Part shown: in pieces, positions 9,489-23,846 of the stretch | How positions within the stretch are numbered: position 1 is the first letter of the stretch | Layout of the letters: each line of letters starts with the position of its first letter | Assembly: GCA_002170275.2 (NCBI GenBank) | Contig: NHFH02000012.1 | Location: forward strand, 1 to 55,827 | DNA: 55,827 nt | Direction: 5' to 3' | From: Candidatus Pelagibacter sp. TMED106 | GTDB lineage: Bacteria > Pseudomonadota > Alphaproteobacteria > Pelagibacterales > Pelagibacteraceae | Notes under the pieces: generated by a model | The model's input: only the letters and a program-made list of their open reading frames with translations | Database searches by the model: none | Told to the model about the DNA's origin: nothing | Made by a program: the position numbers and the translations under genes

Positions 9489-12400
9489 AAAAGTATTAGT
9501 TGTAGGAGCTGGACCAATTATTATCGGCCAAGCTTGTGAATTTGATTATTCTGGAACTCAAGCTTGCAAAGCATTAAGAGATGAAGGGTACAAAGTTGTT
9601 TTAATTAACTCAAATCCGGCGACGATTATGACAGATCCTGATGTTGCAGATAAAACTTATATTGAACCCATTACTTTAGAAGTTTTAGAAAAAATTCTCA
9701 TAAAAGAAAAACCAGATGCAATTCTTCCTACTATGGGAGGCCAAACTGCACTTAACCTTGCAATGGAAGCAGAAAAAAGAGGAATTTTAAAAAAGTATAA
9801 AATTGAACTAATAGGCGCTAACTCTAAAGCAATAGCAAATGCCGAAGATAGAAAGAAATTTAGAAAAAATATGATAGATATTGGTTTAGATTTACCTAAA
9901 TCTGAAATCGTTAATAATATTAATAAAGCAACAAAAGTTTTAAAGAAAATTGGTTTACCTGCAATTATAAGACCTGCATTTACACTTGGAGGTCTAGGTG
10001 GAGGAATAGCTAAAAATAAAAAAGACTACTTAAAAATCATTAAAAATGGATTACACGAATCTCCTGTCAGCCAAGTATTAGTAGAAGAGTGTTTAGAGGG
10101 TTGGAAAGAGTTCGAAATGGAAGTTGTTAGGGACAAGAAAGATAACTGCATCATTGTATGTTCGATTGAAAATGTCGATCCGATGGGAATACACACTGGT
10201 GACTCAGTAACTGTTGCTCCTGCGCTCACCTTAACTGATAAAGAATACCAAATAATGAGAAATGCCTCAATTGCCTGTTTAAGAAAGATAGGAGTTGAGA
10301 CAGGTGGATCAAATGTACAGTTTGCAATCAATCCAAAAAATGGCCGAATGGTTGTAATTGAAATGAACCCTAGAGTTTCAAGATCATCTGCACTTGCATC
10401 AAAAGCAACAGGATTTCCAATTGCGAAAGTTGCAGCAAAACTTGCAATTGGTTACACGTTAGATGAATTAAAAAATGAAATTACAAAAGTAACACCAGCA
10501 TCATTTGAGCCAAGTATTGATTATGTGGTTACTAAAATTCCAAGATTTACTTTTGAAAAATTTTCAACTTCTCCAGCTGTATTAGGAACTTCAATGAAAT
10601 CTGTTGGAGAGGCAATGGCAATTGGGAGAAATTTTAAAGAATCTCTCCAAAAAGCTTTGGTGTCTCTTGAAACTGGATTTTCAGGTCTAGATAGAATATT
10701 TGATCTTAATAAAAAACAAATTGAAAAGAAACTTAAAGAAAATATTCCAAATAAAATTTTGCTTGTCGCTGAAGCTATTAGAAAAAAGATAAATTTAAAA
10801 AGAATATTTACCTTATCTAAAATTGATCCATGGTTCTTAGATCAAATTAAAGAAATTATAGATAATGAATCTAAAATCAAAAAAAAAGGATTACCAAAAG
10901 ATTTTAATGAATTAAATCGAATTAAATCTATTGGTTTTTCAGACAAAAAACTATCTGAGTTAACAAATACTTCAGAAGATATTATAAGGCGAAAAAGAAC
11001 AGCCCTTGGAATATTACCTGTATTTAAAAAAGTTGATACTTGTGCTGCTGAATTTAAATCATTTACTCCTTATATGTATTCTTCATATCAGCGAAATTTC
11101 TCAATAAATTCTGAGTGCGAAGCATATCCATCAGCTAAGAAAAAAATAATTATATTGGGTGGAGGACCTAATAGAATAGGACAAGGAATAGAATTTGACT
11201 ATTGCTGTTGTCAGGCAAGTTTTTCATTAAAAGACGCAGGTTTTGAAACTGTTATGGTTAACTGTAATCCTGAAACAGTTTCTACTGATTATGACACTAG
11301 TGATCGATTGTACTTTGAACCATTAAAAGAGGAATATGTTTTTAATATTATCAAAAAAGAAAAAGAGAAAGGAAATCTTGTTGGTGTAATAGCTCAATTT
11401 GGAGGTCAAACTCCAATTAAACTAGCAAAATTTTTACATGAAAACAAACTGCCAATTTTAGGAACCCAATACACTTCAATTGATTTAGCGGAGGATAGAG
11501 ATCGATTTAGAAGTCTTCTTAATAAATTAAAGTTAAAACAAGCTGAAAGTGGAATCGCGAAAACTTACAAGCAGGCAATCCAGATAGCTGATAGAATTGG
11601 TTTACCTTTGATGGTAAGACCTTCATATGTTTTAGGTGGCAGAGCAATGGAAATAGTTCATGAAAAAAATCAACTTAAAAACTTTGTTGAAGAAGCTTTT
11701 AAAGCTGCAGAAGACAATCCTATTCTAATTGATAAATTTATTGATCATGCAATGGAAGTAGATGTAGATGCTATATCAGACGGTAAAGAAGTTCATGTTG
11801 CTGGAATTATGCAGCATATTGAAGAAGCAGGAATTCATTCTGGTGACTCGGCTTGCTGTTTACCGCCAATCTCCATAAAACCATATTTGATCAAAGAAAT
11901 TGAGAGTCAAACAAAAAAATTGGCTTTGGCTTTAAAAGTTAAAGGATTTATGAATATTCAATTTGCAATAAAAAAAGATGAAATTTTTGTAATCGAAGTT
12001 AATCCTAGGGCAAGCAGAACTGTCCCTTTCGTATCAAAAGCAAAAGGTGTACCTCTTGCCAAAATAGCTTCAAGAGTAATGGCTGGTGAAAAGTTATCCA
12101 AGTTTAATTTAAAAGACAAATCTAAAGGAATGTATGCAGTTAAAGAGGCAGTATTTCCTTTTAATAAATTCCCCAATAGTGATTTACTCTTAGGTCCTGA
12201 GATGAAGTCAACTGGCGAAGTAATGGGGTTTGACAAAAATTTTGGAATGGCATTTGCAAAAAGTCAAATAGCTTCTTCAAATTCATTACCAAAACAAGGG
12301 CTAGCTTTTATATCTTTAAAAAACTCTCATAAAGATGAAGGAATTGATTTAGCTAAACAACTTATTAAACTAAATTTCACACTATGTGCAACAAAGGGAA

Positions 12401-12690
12401 CTGCTGAATATATAAGAAAACATGGAATGAAGTGTAAAATTATTAACAAAGTAAGTAGTGGATCTCCTCATATAGTTGATGTCTTGGAGTCTAAAAAAAT
12501 TGCACTACTAATTAATACTGGAGGAGGAAATAGTGAACATAGATTAAGCGATGCAATCGCACTTAGAAGAGCAGCGCTTAAAAATAAAGTTCCTTACTGT
12601 ACAAATATGTCTACTGCTCAAGCGTGTCTAGAAGCAATTAAGTCTTTAAAAACGAAAAAAATAGAAGTAAATTCTATTCAAGATATTTAA
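9466..12690 (+). CDS. carB: Carbamoyl-phosphate synthase large subunit
   Basis: MPKRKDLKK...[14 protein letters not shown]; duplicated ATP-grasp domains ([19 protein letters not shown]); 1074 aa. Confidence 0.99.
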   Translation: MPKRKDLKKVLVVGAGPIIIGQACEFDYSGTQACKALRDEGYKVVLINSNPATIMTDPDVADKTYIEPITLEVLEKILIKEKPDAILPTMGGQTALNLAMEAEKRGILKKYKIELIGANSKAIANAEDRKKFRKNMIDIGLDLPKSEIVNNINKATKVLKKIGLPAIIRPAFTLGGLGGGIAKNKKDYLKIIKNGLHESPVSQVLVEECLEGWKEFEMEVVRDKKDNCIIVCSIENVDPMGIHTGDSVTVAPALTLTDKEYQIMRNASIACLRKIGVETGGSNVQFAINPKNGRMVVIEMNPRVSRSSALASKATGFPIAKVAAKLAIGYTLDELKNEITKVTPASFEPSIDYVVTKIPRFTFEKFSTSPAVLGTSMKSVGEAMAIGRNFKESLQKALVSLETGFSGLDRIFDLNKKQIEKKLKENIPNKILLVAEAIRKKINLKRIFTLSKIDPWFLDQIKEIIDNESKIKKKGLPKDFNELNRIKSIGFSDKKLSELTNTSEDIIRRKRTALGILPVFKKVDTCAAEFKSFTPYMYSSYQRNFSINSECEAYPSAKKKIIILGGGPNRIGQGIEFDYCCCQASFSLKDAGFETVMVNCNPETVSTDYDTSDRLYFEPLKEEYVFNIIKKEKEKGNLVGVIAQFGGQTPIKLAKFLHENKLPILGTQYTSIDLAEDRDRFRSLLNKLKLKQAESGIAKTYKQAIQIADRIGLPLMVRPSYVLGGRAMEIVHEKNQLKNFVEEAFKAAEDNPILIDKFIDHAMEVDVDAISDGKEVHVAGIMQHIEEAGIHSGDSACCLPPISIKPYLIKEIESQTKKLALALKVKGFMNIQFAIKKDEIFVIEVNPRASRTVPFVSKAKGVPLAKIASRVMAGEKLSKFNLKDKSKGMYAVKEAVFPFNKFPNSDLLLGPEMKSTGEVMGFDKNFGMAFAKSQIASSNSLPKQGLAFISLKNSHKDEGIDLAKQLIKLNFTLCATKGTAEYIRKHGMKCKIINKVSSGSPHIVDVLESKKIALLINTGGGNSEHRLSDAIALRRAALKNKVPYCTNMSTAQACLEAIKSLKTKKIEVNSIQDI

Positions 12691-12696
12691 TTAAAT

Positions 12697-12825
12697 ATGA
12701 GAAAAGTAAAAAAAAAAACTTCAAACTCAAAAGAAAATATATCTTCTATATTTGCTAGAAAATATATCTATTATTACTATAGTTTTTTTTGGTTTATATT
12801 AATTCTATATTTATTTTTAAAATGA
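12697..12825 (+). CDS. Putative small membrane protein, 42 aa (MRKVKKKTSNSKENISSIFARKYIYYYYSFFWFILILYLFLK)
   Basis: Hand-translated. Starts 6 nt after the carB stop; basic N-terminus and hydrophobic C-terminal helix; its stop overlaps the next ATG (ATGA). Below the ORF-track cutoff. Confidence 0.5.
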   Translation: MRKVKKKTSNSKENISSIFARKYIYYYYSFFWFILILYLFLK

Positions 12826-12926
12826 GTAAGAAAATATTATTTATAGCGATCATAATTTTGGCAATAGAACTATCAGGACATGGTATAATAAGCTCTTTAT
12901 TTAGATTATTAAGCTCTGTTAACTAG
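12822..12926 (+). CDS. Putative small membrane protein, 34 aa (MSKKILFIAIIILAIELSGHGIISSLFRLLSSVN)
   Basis: Hand-translated. ATGA overlap with the previous small ORF; KK plus hydrophobic stretch; its TAG shares the CTAG at 12923-12926 with the stop of the convergent gene. Confidence 0.55.
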   Translation: MSKKILFIAIIILAIELSGHGIISSLFRLLSSVN

Positions 12927-13591
12927 ACCTTTTCAACTTTCCAGTCAGTAGGAAATGTAACATAATTTACTTGAACACATCGTCTTTCTTTAAAAATTTT
13001 TTTTTTTTCCATCCCATGCCAAGTATTTGGGCCACTAGTAAATAAATATCCATAATTATGTTTATAAGGTACTGTTTTAACTTTTTCTAATTTCTCGTTA
13101 TAAAAATCTGTACCCAAATCTTCAGACTCGTTACTGTTATTTACAAAAATTAAACCTGACATTAATTTTTCTTTAATGTCACAATGAGGCTTTAACCAAA
13201 AACCTTCTCTGTCACATATAACTTCAACTCTTACAAATGAGTTAGATAAATCTTTATTTATCATTTTTGACAATACTTGATGAGTTTCTTTTGATTGAAG
13301 TTCATTAATAAATTTCGTCAAATTTGGAAATTGAGATGAATTTTCATTTGTAACAAAACATCTAAATTTAATTGCTTTGCCCCCCGAGGCTATTCCTTCT
13401 CTAAATTCTGCTGCTCCACCATCGATTGCTCTCGTTCCATCATAAGATAAATTATGTTTACTTACATCAGGGATATCTGCTTCTATTATTTCTTTTATAG
13501 TCTCATCGCTTAAAGCATTATTATACTCCCAATGGTCAAAAGGAAATTTATGTTTTTTTGATTGGTTTAAAATAGAATTAAGAAAAGTCAT
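12923..13591 (-). CDS. 2-oxoglutarate/Fe(II)-dependent oxygenase superfamily protein
   Basis: HxD...H facial triad (LKPHCDIKEK...TWHG) and a distal Arg in RRCVQVNY. Confidence 0.75.
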   Translation of the reverse strand: MTFLNSILNQSKKHKFPFDHWEYNNALSDETIKEIIEADIPDVSKHNLSYDGTRAIDGGAAEFREGIASGGKAIKFRCFVTNENSSQFPNLTKFINELQSKETHQVLSKMINKDLSNSFVRVEVICDREGFWLKPHCDIKEKLMSGLIFVNNSNESEDLGTDFYNEKLEKVKTVPYKHNYGYLFTSGPNTWHGMEKKKIFKERRCVQVNYVTFPTDWKVEKV

Positions 13592-14528
13592 AGTTTTTAA
13601 ATTGTTCTTTTATATAACTTGATATTTTATTAGTTTCATCAAGTTTTTCATAATTCCATTCATCTAACGAATACTCTAAATCTTTGATAATATTTAAAGA
13701 TTTAAATAATTCAAAAAATTTTTTAAAACGATCATTTCTTTTAATTGGTGGCATTTGAGCAACATATATTGGCTTTCCGGTCATTGCTGCTTCAGAAATC
13801 ATAGATGTTGAGTCACACGTTACAACAATATAATTAGCTAATTTCAATGATGAAAGATAAGCCTTTTTGTCAATGTCACTTATAATAACTTGATTTTCAT
13901 CAAAAAATTTTTTTGCCTTATCGATTATTTTTTTAGGTGTTCTCATTGAGGGAATAAATAATAATTGATAATTATTTTCAATAAAAATATTTTTAATTTT
14001 TAAGAAAACATCATTTATAATTTCATCACTATAATCATAATATTTGTTGGGTCCTCCGACTATTAGTGTAATTAGTTTTTTTTTATTAATTCGAGATTTT
14101 AAATAATCTTCATTTTCATCTAACTCTTTATTTCTTAAGTAATGAATTGCTCCTTTGCTGTGTAAAACATTTTTTCCTACCAGTCCATCATGTTCGGGGG
14201 TCACTATAAAGTCAAAATTATCTAGAGAAACTTTTGGATCTTGGATATGAATATTCATGATCTTATTTTTAAATTTATTTTTTAAGAAGATTGAAGGAAT
14301 GACACTTTTTCTTCCACAAGAAATAATTATATCAAAATTTTTTTCTAACTTATTTTTAAAAACAAAGCTTTGTGTTGGGGTTATTTTTGGTGGAATTAAT
14401 TTCCAAAAGTTATTAAGTTCAATTTTCTCGTGTATAAAATCCAAATCTAAGGCATTAGCAAGTCCCTCTACTTGACTAATCATTCCATGCATACCCTCTG
14501 TCAATAATAACCCTTTCAATTTAGACAT
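13578..14528 (-). CDS. Mitochondrial fission ELM1 family protein
   Basis: GMISQVEGLA, HIQDP, PEHD, LIVGG, SMRTP and VTCDSTSMISEAAMTGKP are characteristic of the ELM1/DUF1022 family. Confidence 0.9.
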   Translation of the reverse strand: MSKLKGLLLTEGMHGMISQVEGLANALDLDFIHEKIELNNFWKLIPPKITPTQSFVFKNKLEKNFDIIISCGRKSVIPSIFLKNKFKNKIMNIHIQDPKVSLDNFDFIVTPEHDGLVGKNVLHSKGAIHYLRNKELDENEDYLKSRINKKKLITLIVGGPNKYYDYSDEIINDVFLKIKNIFIENNYQLLFIPSMRTPKKIIDKAKKFFDENQVIISDIDKKAYLSSLKLANYIVVTCDSTSMISEAAMTGKPIYVAQMPPIKRNDRFKKFFELFKSLNIIKDLEYSLDEWNYEKLDETNKISSYIKEQFKNYDFS

Positions 14529-14549
14529 AAATTACTATATAGCTTTCAT

Positions 14550-15494
14550 ATGAGTGAAAATCCAACTAAACACACAAAAGTGTTAATAATAGGGTCTGGT
14601 CCTGCTGGCTATACAGCAGCAGTTTATGCGGCTAGAGCAATGTTAAATCCAATTTTAGTACATGGAATGGAGCCAGGTGGTCAGTTAACAACAACTACTG
14701 ATGTTGAAAACTATCCTGGCTTTGCTGAAGTAATACAAGGACCCTGGTTGATGGATCAAATGAAAGGTCAAGCAAAAGCAGTTGGGACAGAAATGATTGA
14801 AGATCATATTTCATCAGTTAACCTTAAGTCAAAACCTTTTGAGGCAATTGGTGAAAGTGGCAAAAAATATACCGCCGACTCAATTATCGTTTCAACAGGT
14901 GCTCAAGCAAGATGGTTAAACTTAAAATCTGAGCAAGAATTTAGAGGATTTGGGGTTTCAGCCTGTGCCACATGCGATGGTTTCTTTTTTAAAAATAAAG
15001 ATGTTGCTGTAGTAGGAGGTGGTAATGCTGCTGTTGAAGAAGCAATGTTTCTCACAAAATTTGCTTCCAAAGTTAAGTTAATTCATAGAAGAGATGAATT
15101 AAGAGCTGAAAAAATGCTTCAAAAAAAATTAATGGAAAATAAAAAAATTGAAATAATTTGGGATACAGTTCTTGAAGATGTTATTGGCGATAAAAATCCA
15201 AAAAATGTTAAAGGAATTAAAATAAAAAATTTAAAAACAAATAAAGTTGATGAAATAAAATTAGATGGAGTGTTTATTGCAATTGGTCATGATCCAGCAA
15301 CAAATTTATTTAAAGATCAATTAAATATGGACAAAGAAGGGTACTTAATTACCAAACCTGACTCAACTGAAACAAACATCCCTGGTGTTTATGCTGCTGG
15401 AGATGTAAAAGACAAAACTTTTAGACAAGCTGTGACAGCAGCAGGAATGGGATGTATGGCTGCTCTAGAGGCTGAAAAATTTTTGGCACATTAA
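14550..15494 (+). CDS. trxB: Thioredoxin-disulfide reductase
   Basis: IIGSGPAGYTAA, SACATCDG redox centre, VGGGNAAVEEA and AAGDV. Confidence 0.98.
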   Translation: MSENPTKHTKVLIIGSGPAGYTAAVYAARAMLNPILVHGMEPGGQLTTTTDVENYPGFAEVIQGPWLMDQMKGQAKAVGTEMIEDHISSVNLKSKPFEAIGESGKKYTADSIIVSTGAQARWLNLKSEQEFRGFGVSACATCDGFFFKNKDVAVVGGGNAAVEEAMFLTKFASKVKLIHRRDELRAEKMLQKKLMENKKIEIIWDTVLEDVIGDKNPKNVKGIKIKNLKTNKVDEIKLDGVFIAIGHDPATNLFKDQLNMDKEGYLITKPDSTETNIPGVYAAGDVKDKTFRQAVTAAGMGCMAALEAEKFLAH

Positions 15495-18873
<3,379 letters not shown>

Positions 18874-18892
<19 letters not shown>

Positions 18893-19629
18893 TCATTACA
18901 GGTGGAGCAACCAGAATAGGAGCTGCAATAGCTAAAAAGTTATCTGGTCCAAATAAAGAAATTGTTATTCATTTTAATAAATCAAAAATAAAAGCAGAAA
19001 ATTTAAAAAAGAAACTTCGAAAGTATGGAACAAAAGTTTATTTAGTGAAAGGTAATTTGAGTAAAGAAAAAGACATTAATAAAATCATAAAATTTGCAAA
19101 ATCTAAACTTAAATACTTTGATTGCTTAGTAAATAACGCTTCCTTATTTGAAAATGACAAAATTGAAAACTTTAAAATTAATAATTGGGAAAAACATATA
19201 TCTACGAATTTAAGAGCACCTGCTATCTTGTCTAAAGAATTTTCAAAGAATGTTAGGGGCAAGAAAAATAATATAATCAATATAATTGATCAAAGAGTAT
19301 TTAAACTTACTCCGTATTTCTTCTCTTATACAATTAGTAAAACTGGCCTTTACACTTTAACTAAAACTAGTGCAATGAGTTTATCGCCAAAAATTAGAGT
19401 AAATGGAATAGCTCCTGGTCCAACAATTAAAAATAAAAGACAATCAGAAAAACACTTCAGAAAACAGTATCTAGCTACACCATTAAAAAAACAAGTTGAT
19501 GTCGGTGAGATTTGCAATGCTGTTGACTTTTTAATTAAAAACAGTTCTATTACAGGTCAAGTTTTAGCTATAGATAGTGGTCAAAGTTTAAATTGGCAAA
19601 CACCAGATATAATGAGAGGAAAAGAATGA
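18874..19629 (+). CDS. SDR family oxidoreductase, pteridine reductase/FolM-like
   Basis: [29 protein letters not shown] (YxxxK) and RVNGIAPG; adjacent to folB. Confidence 0.85.
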
Positions 19630-20051
19630 AAAAAAATAATCTTAAAGTAATTAAATTAGATAAAAATAAAAGTCTATTTAATTATGAAAAGAAAATTCTT
19701 ATTAATGAGTTAATTTTAGAATTAAAGCTGGGTTACTACGACTTTGAAAAAGAAAATTCTCAAAAAGTTAAATTTAGTTTAGAAATCGATTATGAAGATA
19801 AAAAACCAACAAATGATAAAGATATCAAATCGATAGTTAATTATGGAACAGTTGTAAAACTCATTACTAAGCTAGTTAAGAAAAAGCATTACAATTTCTT
19901 AGAAACACTTGCTGAAGCAGTATTTAATGAATTATTTAAAGATAAAAGAATCGCTAAGATAATGCTTAAAATTGAAAAACTTGAAATTTTAAAAGAATGT
20001 TCATCTGTTGGTATTCAAATTACCAAAAAAAGAAGTCATGATAAGTTCTGA
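19626..20051 (+). CDS. folB: Dihydroneopterin aldolase
   Basis: LGYYDFEK...Q, IVNY, FLETLAE and KIEK motifs. ATG 19626 (ATGA overlap with the SDR stop) preferred to 19593. Confidence 0.85.
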   Translation: MKKNNLKVIKLDKNKSLFNYEKKILINELILELKLGYYDFEKENSQKVKFSLEIDYEDKKPTNDKDIKSIVNYGTVVKLITKLVKKKHYNFLETLAEAVFNELFKDKRIAKIMLKIEKLEILKECSSVGIQITKKRSHDKF

Positions 20052-21873
20052 AATAGGAAAAGAGATAATTAAAAAAGAATTACCCTTAATTCCCAAACTA
20101 CCAGGTGTTTACAGAATGATAAATGATAAAGGAGAAATCCTTTATGTAGGAAAAGCAAAAAACTTACCAAATAGACTTAAAAATTATACGTCAGAAAAAA
20201 ATCTTATTATTAGAACGGAAAGAATGCTATCTCAAACAAGAAAGTTGGAGATAACAACAACATCTAATGAGAGTGAAGCTTTACTTTTAGAAGCTAATTT
20301 AATTAAAAAATATAAACCAAAATTTAATATTCTTTTAAGGGATGACAAATCTTTCCCATTTATTTTTATTGGCAATAAAGATAAATGGCCTCAAATAAAA
20401 AGACATAGAGGAAAAAAAACAAAGAATGGTTTTTATTTTGGTCCTTTTGCGTCTGCTGGGTCGGCAAATTGGACAATTAAAATGATACAAAAAATTTTTC
20501 ATCTAAGAGTTTGTGATGATACTGTTTTTAAAAATAGAGATAGGCCATGCATTTTATATCAAATTAAAAGATGTTCAGGACCTTGTGTAGGATACATAAA
20601 AGAAAAAGAATATGAGCAAACAGTCCAAGAAGCGATTGAATTTGTATCTGGCAAATCAAGGAAGATACAAAAAAATCTTTCAAATCAAATGGAAAAAGCT
20701 AGCCTTGATTTAGATTTTGAAAAAGCAACTATATTAAGAGATAGGATTAAATCTTTGAACATTATTCAATCATCTCAAAGAATCAATGAGGCTAACCTGG
20801 TAGAAGCAGATGTAATAGCAGGATACAAAGAGTCTGGAAAAACCTGCATACAAGTTTTTTTTTATAGATCAAAACAAAACTGGGGTAATCAAGCTTTCTT
20901 CCCAAAACATGATCCGGATGAAAATTTAGATGAAATTTTAAATTCTTTTATTTCTCAGTTCTATGAAAATAAAAGTGTACCATCATCAATTATTTTATCT
21001 GAAGAAATCAAAGAAAAACTTTTGATTGAAAAAACACTTTCAAAAAAAGAAAACAAACAAATTAATATTTCTATTGCTAAAAAAGGTTCTAAGTTAAAAG
21101 TAATCAATCTGGCTATTAAAAATGCAAAAGATAGTTTAAATAGAAAGCTTTATGAAAGTCAAAATAACAAAGAATTATTTGAAGCAATTACTAATAAATT
21201 TAATATCGAAACAAATATAAATCTTATAGAAGTTTATGATAATAGTCATATTCAAGGAACGAACAGTGTTGGTGCTTTGATTGCTTATGGAGACGAAGGA
21301 TTTATTAAAAAAAGATATAGAAAATTCAATATAAAAGATAAAAAAAACGAACAAGATGATTATGGTATGATGCGAGAAGTTTTAAATAGACGTTTTAAAA
21401 GAGCAGTACAAGAAAAAGATAATTATCTCAGCTTTCCAGATTTAGTTCTAATTGATGGGGGTAAAGGACAATATTCTGCTGCAAGAGAAAGTTTAAATGA
21501 ACTTGGGCTTCATGATATTCCAGTAATTGCAATAGCAAAAGGGAAATTTAGGAATAGCGGAAATGAAACATTTTTTTATAAGGGAAAAGAATTTAAGTTT
21601 GCTAAAAACGACCCTGCATTATTCTTTTTACAGCGAATAAGAGACGAGTCTCATCGATTTGCGATAAGTGCTCACAGAGCTAAAAGAAAAAAGGGTATTA
21701 GCAAATCATTACTGGATCAAATTCAAGGAATTGGATCTACTCGAAAAAGAGCTCTATTAAATCATTTTGGTTCTGCTAGAGCAGTAGAATCTGCAAGTAT
21801 AGATGAAATAAGATCTGTAGAAGGAGTTGAAGAAAAAGTTGCTAAAAAGATATATAACTTCTTTCACGAATAA
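20038..21873 (+). CDS. uvrC: Excinuclease ABC subunit C
   Basis: GIY-YIG (PGVYRM...YVGKAKNL), Cys-rich region, DNSH, DGGKGQ and HhH tail. ATG 20038 preferred to TTG 20008. Confidence 0.98.
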   Translation: MISSEIGKEIIKKELPLIPKLPGVYRMINDKGEILYVGKAKNLPNRLKNYTSEKNLIIRTERMLSQTRKLEITTTSNESEALLLEANLIKKYKPKFNILLRDDKSFPFIFIGNKDKWPQIKRHRGKKTKNGFYFGPFASAGSANWTIKMIQKIFHLRVCDDTVFKNRDRPCILYQIKRCSGPCVGYIKEKEYEQTVQEAIEFVSGKSRKIQKNLSNQMEKASLDLDFEKATILRDRIKSLNIIQSSQRINEANLVEADVIAGYKESGKTCIQVFFYRSKQNWGNQAFFPKHDPDENLDEILNSFISQFYENKSVPSSIILSEEIKEKLLIEKTLSKKENKQINISIAKKGSKLKVINLAIKNAKDSLNRKLYESQNNKELFEAITNKFNIETNINLIEVYDNSHIQGTNSVGALIAYGDEGFIKKRYRKFNIKDKKNEQDDYGMMREVLNRRFKRAVQEKDNYLSFPDLVLIDGGKGQYSAARESLNELGLHDIPVIAIAKGKFRNSGNETFFYKGKEFKFAKNDPALFFLQRIRDESHRFAISAHRAKRKKGISKSLLDQIQGIGSTRKRALLNHFGSARAVESASIDEIRSVEGVEEKVAKKIYNFFHE

Positions 21874-21875
21874 TT

Positions 21876-22460
21876 ATGATAAAAAAAATTCCAAATATCT
21901 TAACTATTGGTAGAATAATTATAGTACCTTTTTTTGTTCTTGCTTTTTATCTGCCAGGTTTTTATGGAGACTTAACGGCATTAATATTATTTGTTGTTGC
22001 TTCTTTCACTGATTTTCTAGATGGAATGTTAGCAAGAATGATGAAGGAAGAGTCGAAATTAGGTGAGTTAATGGATCCTATAGCTGATAAGATTATTGTT
22101 GCTGCAGCATTAATTTTACTGGTAATGGATGGAATTATTAAAAATTATGAAGTAATTGCAGCCATAATAATTTTAACTCGAGAAATTTTAATATCAGGTT
22201 TAAGAGAATTTTTAGCAAAAGGTCAAATAAAATTACCAGTTTCGAATTTAGCAAAACTTAAAACTTTATTACAAATGATTGCTATATCTCTTTTGCTTTC
22301 TGGTGAAACTGGAAATAAAATTATAAATTTTCAAGACTATAACGCTCAAACTATTGGTATTATTTTACTTTGGCTTTCAGCCTTTTTAACTTTATTTACT
22401 GGGTACGAATATTTAAGAAAAGGAATTGATCATGCAATTTCTGAGGACAACAAAGATTAA
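21876..22460 (+). CDS. pgsA: CDP-diacylglycerol--glycerol-3-phosphate 3-phosphatidyltransferase
   Basis: PNILTIGR and TDFLDGMLAR...G..MDPIADK CDP-alcohol motif; follows uvrC. Confidence 0.96.
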   Translation: MIKKIPNILTIGRIIIVPFFVLAFYLPGFYGDLTALILFVVASFTDFLDGMLARMMKEESKLGELMDPIADKIIVAAALILLVMDGIIKNYEVIAAIIILTREILISGLREFLAKGQIKLPVSNLAKLKTLLQMIAISLLLSGETGNKIINFQDYNAQTIGIILLWLSAFLTLFTGYEYLRKGIDHAISEDNKD

Positions 22461-23338
22461 GCAGCTTTTTGTTTTCTCACCAAAGCTTGATAACTTTCGT
22501 TTAAATCGATTATTGTTTTGCAAACTTTAAACTTATGTTCTGCAATACACGAAACAGGAGTTACTTCTGCAGCGGTACCTGTTAAAAAACATCCAACAAA
22601 ACTTGATAGTTCTGAAGGTGAAATTTTTCTTTCAAAAATTTTAATACCTTTTGATTTTGCTATCTCAATAACAGTTCTTCTAGTAATTCCATCTAAAAAA
22701 GAATCAGGAATTGGTGTATGAATATTTCCGTCTTTATCCTTAAAAAAAATATTTGCACCAGTTGCCTCTGCAACATTTCCCTCATGATCAAGCATTAAAG
22801 AATCTGTAAAGCCTTGCTGCTCAGCTTCATGTTTGGACAGAGTACAAATCATATAGAGACCTGAAGCTTTTGTATCCCAAGGAATTGTATCAGGGGCAGG
22901 TCTTCTCCATTTAGAGATATTTAATTTTATTCCCTCAATCTTTAACTTTGGATCAAAATAAGAACCCCATTCCCATGTTGCTATTGCAACGTGTATTTTT
23001 GTTTGTTGAGCAGAAATAGCCATCATTTCACTACCTCGCCAAATTGTTGGTCTTACATATCCATTCTGAACATTTTGAACTGTAATAATTTTGTTACAAG
23101 CAGAATTTATTTCTTCTTCTGAATATGGAACTTTAATACCCATTCTTTTTGCTGAATAAAACAGCCGAGCTGTATGTTCTTCTAATTTAAAGATAGTACC
23201 GTCATAAACCCTCTCACCTTCAAAAACACAACTTGCATAATGTAGGCCATGATTCAATATGTGAATTTTAGCATCCGCCCAGTCAACGAGCTCGTTATTA
23301 AACCAAATTTTGCCAGTTCTTTTGTCGTAAGGTATCAT
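22457..23338 (-). CDS. ilvE: Branched-chain amino acid aminotransferase
   Basis: HGLHYASCVFEG, YVRP, KASGLY, EATGANIF, LDGITR and GTAAEVTPV. Confidence 0.95.
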   Translation of the reverse strand: MIPYDKRTGKIWFNNELVDWADAKIHILNHGLHYASCVFEGERVYDGTIFKLEEHTARLFYSAKRMGIKVPYSEEEINSACNKIITVQNVQNGYVRPTIWRGSEMMAISAQQTKIHVAIATWEWGSYFDPKLKIEGIKLNISKWRRPAPDTIPWDTKASGLYMICTLSKHEAEQQGFTDSLMLDHEGNVAEATGANIFFKDKDGNIHTPIPDSFLDGITRRTVIEIAKSKGIKIFERKISPSELSSFVGCFLTGTAAEVTPVSCIAEHKFKVCKTIIDLNESYQALVRKQKAA

Positions 23339-23364
23339 TTATGAAATAATTTAATTTTTTTTAA

Positions 23365-23393
23365 AAATTATCTTTGTATCTATAATATGTCAA
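23365..23393 (-). promoter_or_regulatory. Putative sigma70 promoter of ilvE
   Basis: Minus strand: perfect TTGACA (23393-23388), 17-nt spacer, TAATTT (23370-23365). Confidence 0.6.
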
Positions 23394-23408
23394 TATAACT
23401 TACCAATA

Positions 23409-23846
23409 ATGAAAGAACTTTTATATTTAAAAGATGCTCAGTTAAAAGAATTAATTGAAAAGCTTTTTATGAGCTATAGGGAGTCTTTTGCTGATGCCAA
23501 GAAAACATTGGATAAATACTCAATTGGGATAGCTCATCACAAAGTATTGCACTTATTATCTATGTATAATGGTATTTCTATTTCTGACTTATTAAAAAAA
23601 TTAAAGATAACTAAACAAAGTTTAAATCGAGTACTTAAGGATCTAATTAAAATAGAAGTAATATTTTTCAAAAAAGATCAAAAAGATACTAGAATAAAAC
23701 ACATATTTTTAAGTGAAAAAGGAAAAAAACTTTTTGAAGAGATATTTTTAATACAAAAAAAAAGAATTTATGAAGCTTTGTTAAATTCGAGCTCTGAAGA
23801 GGTTATTAACTTTGATAATGTTTTAAAAAAGATAATTAATGGATAA
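23409..23846 (+). CDS. MarR family transcriptional regulator (PetP-like)
   Basis: AHHKVLH, LKITKQSLNRVLKDL and D.R...LSEKG winged helix; ilvE / MarR-OmpR-EnvZ synteny of alphaproteobacteria. Confidence 0.9.
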   Translation: MKELLYLKDAQLKELIEKLFMSYRESFADAKKTLDKYSIGIAHHKVLHLLSMYNGISISDLLKKLKITKQSLNRVLKDLIKIEVIFFKKDQKDTRIKHIFLSEKGKKLFEEIFLIQKKRIYEALLNSSSEEVINFDNVLKKIING

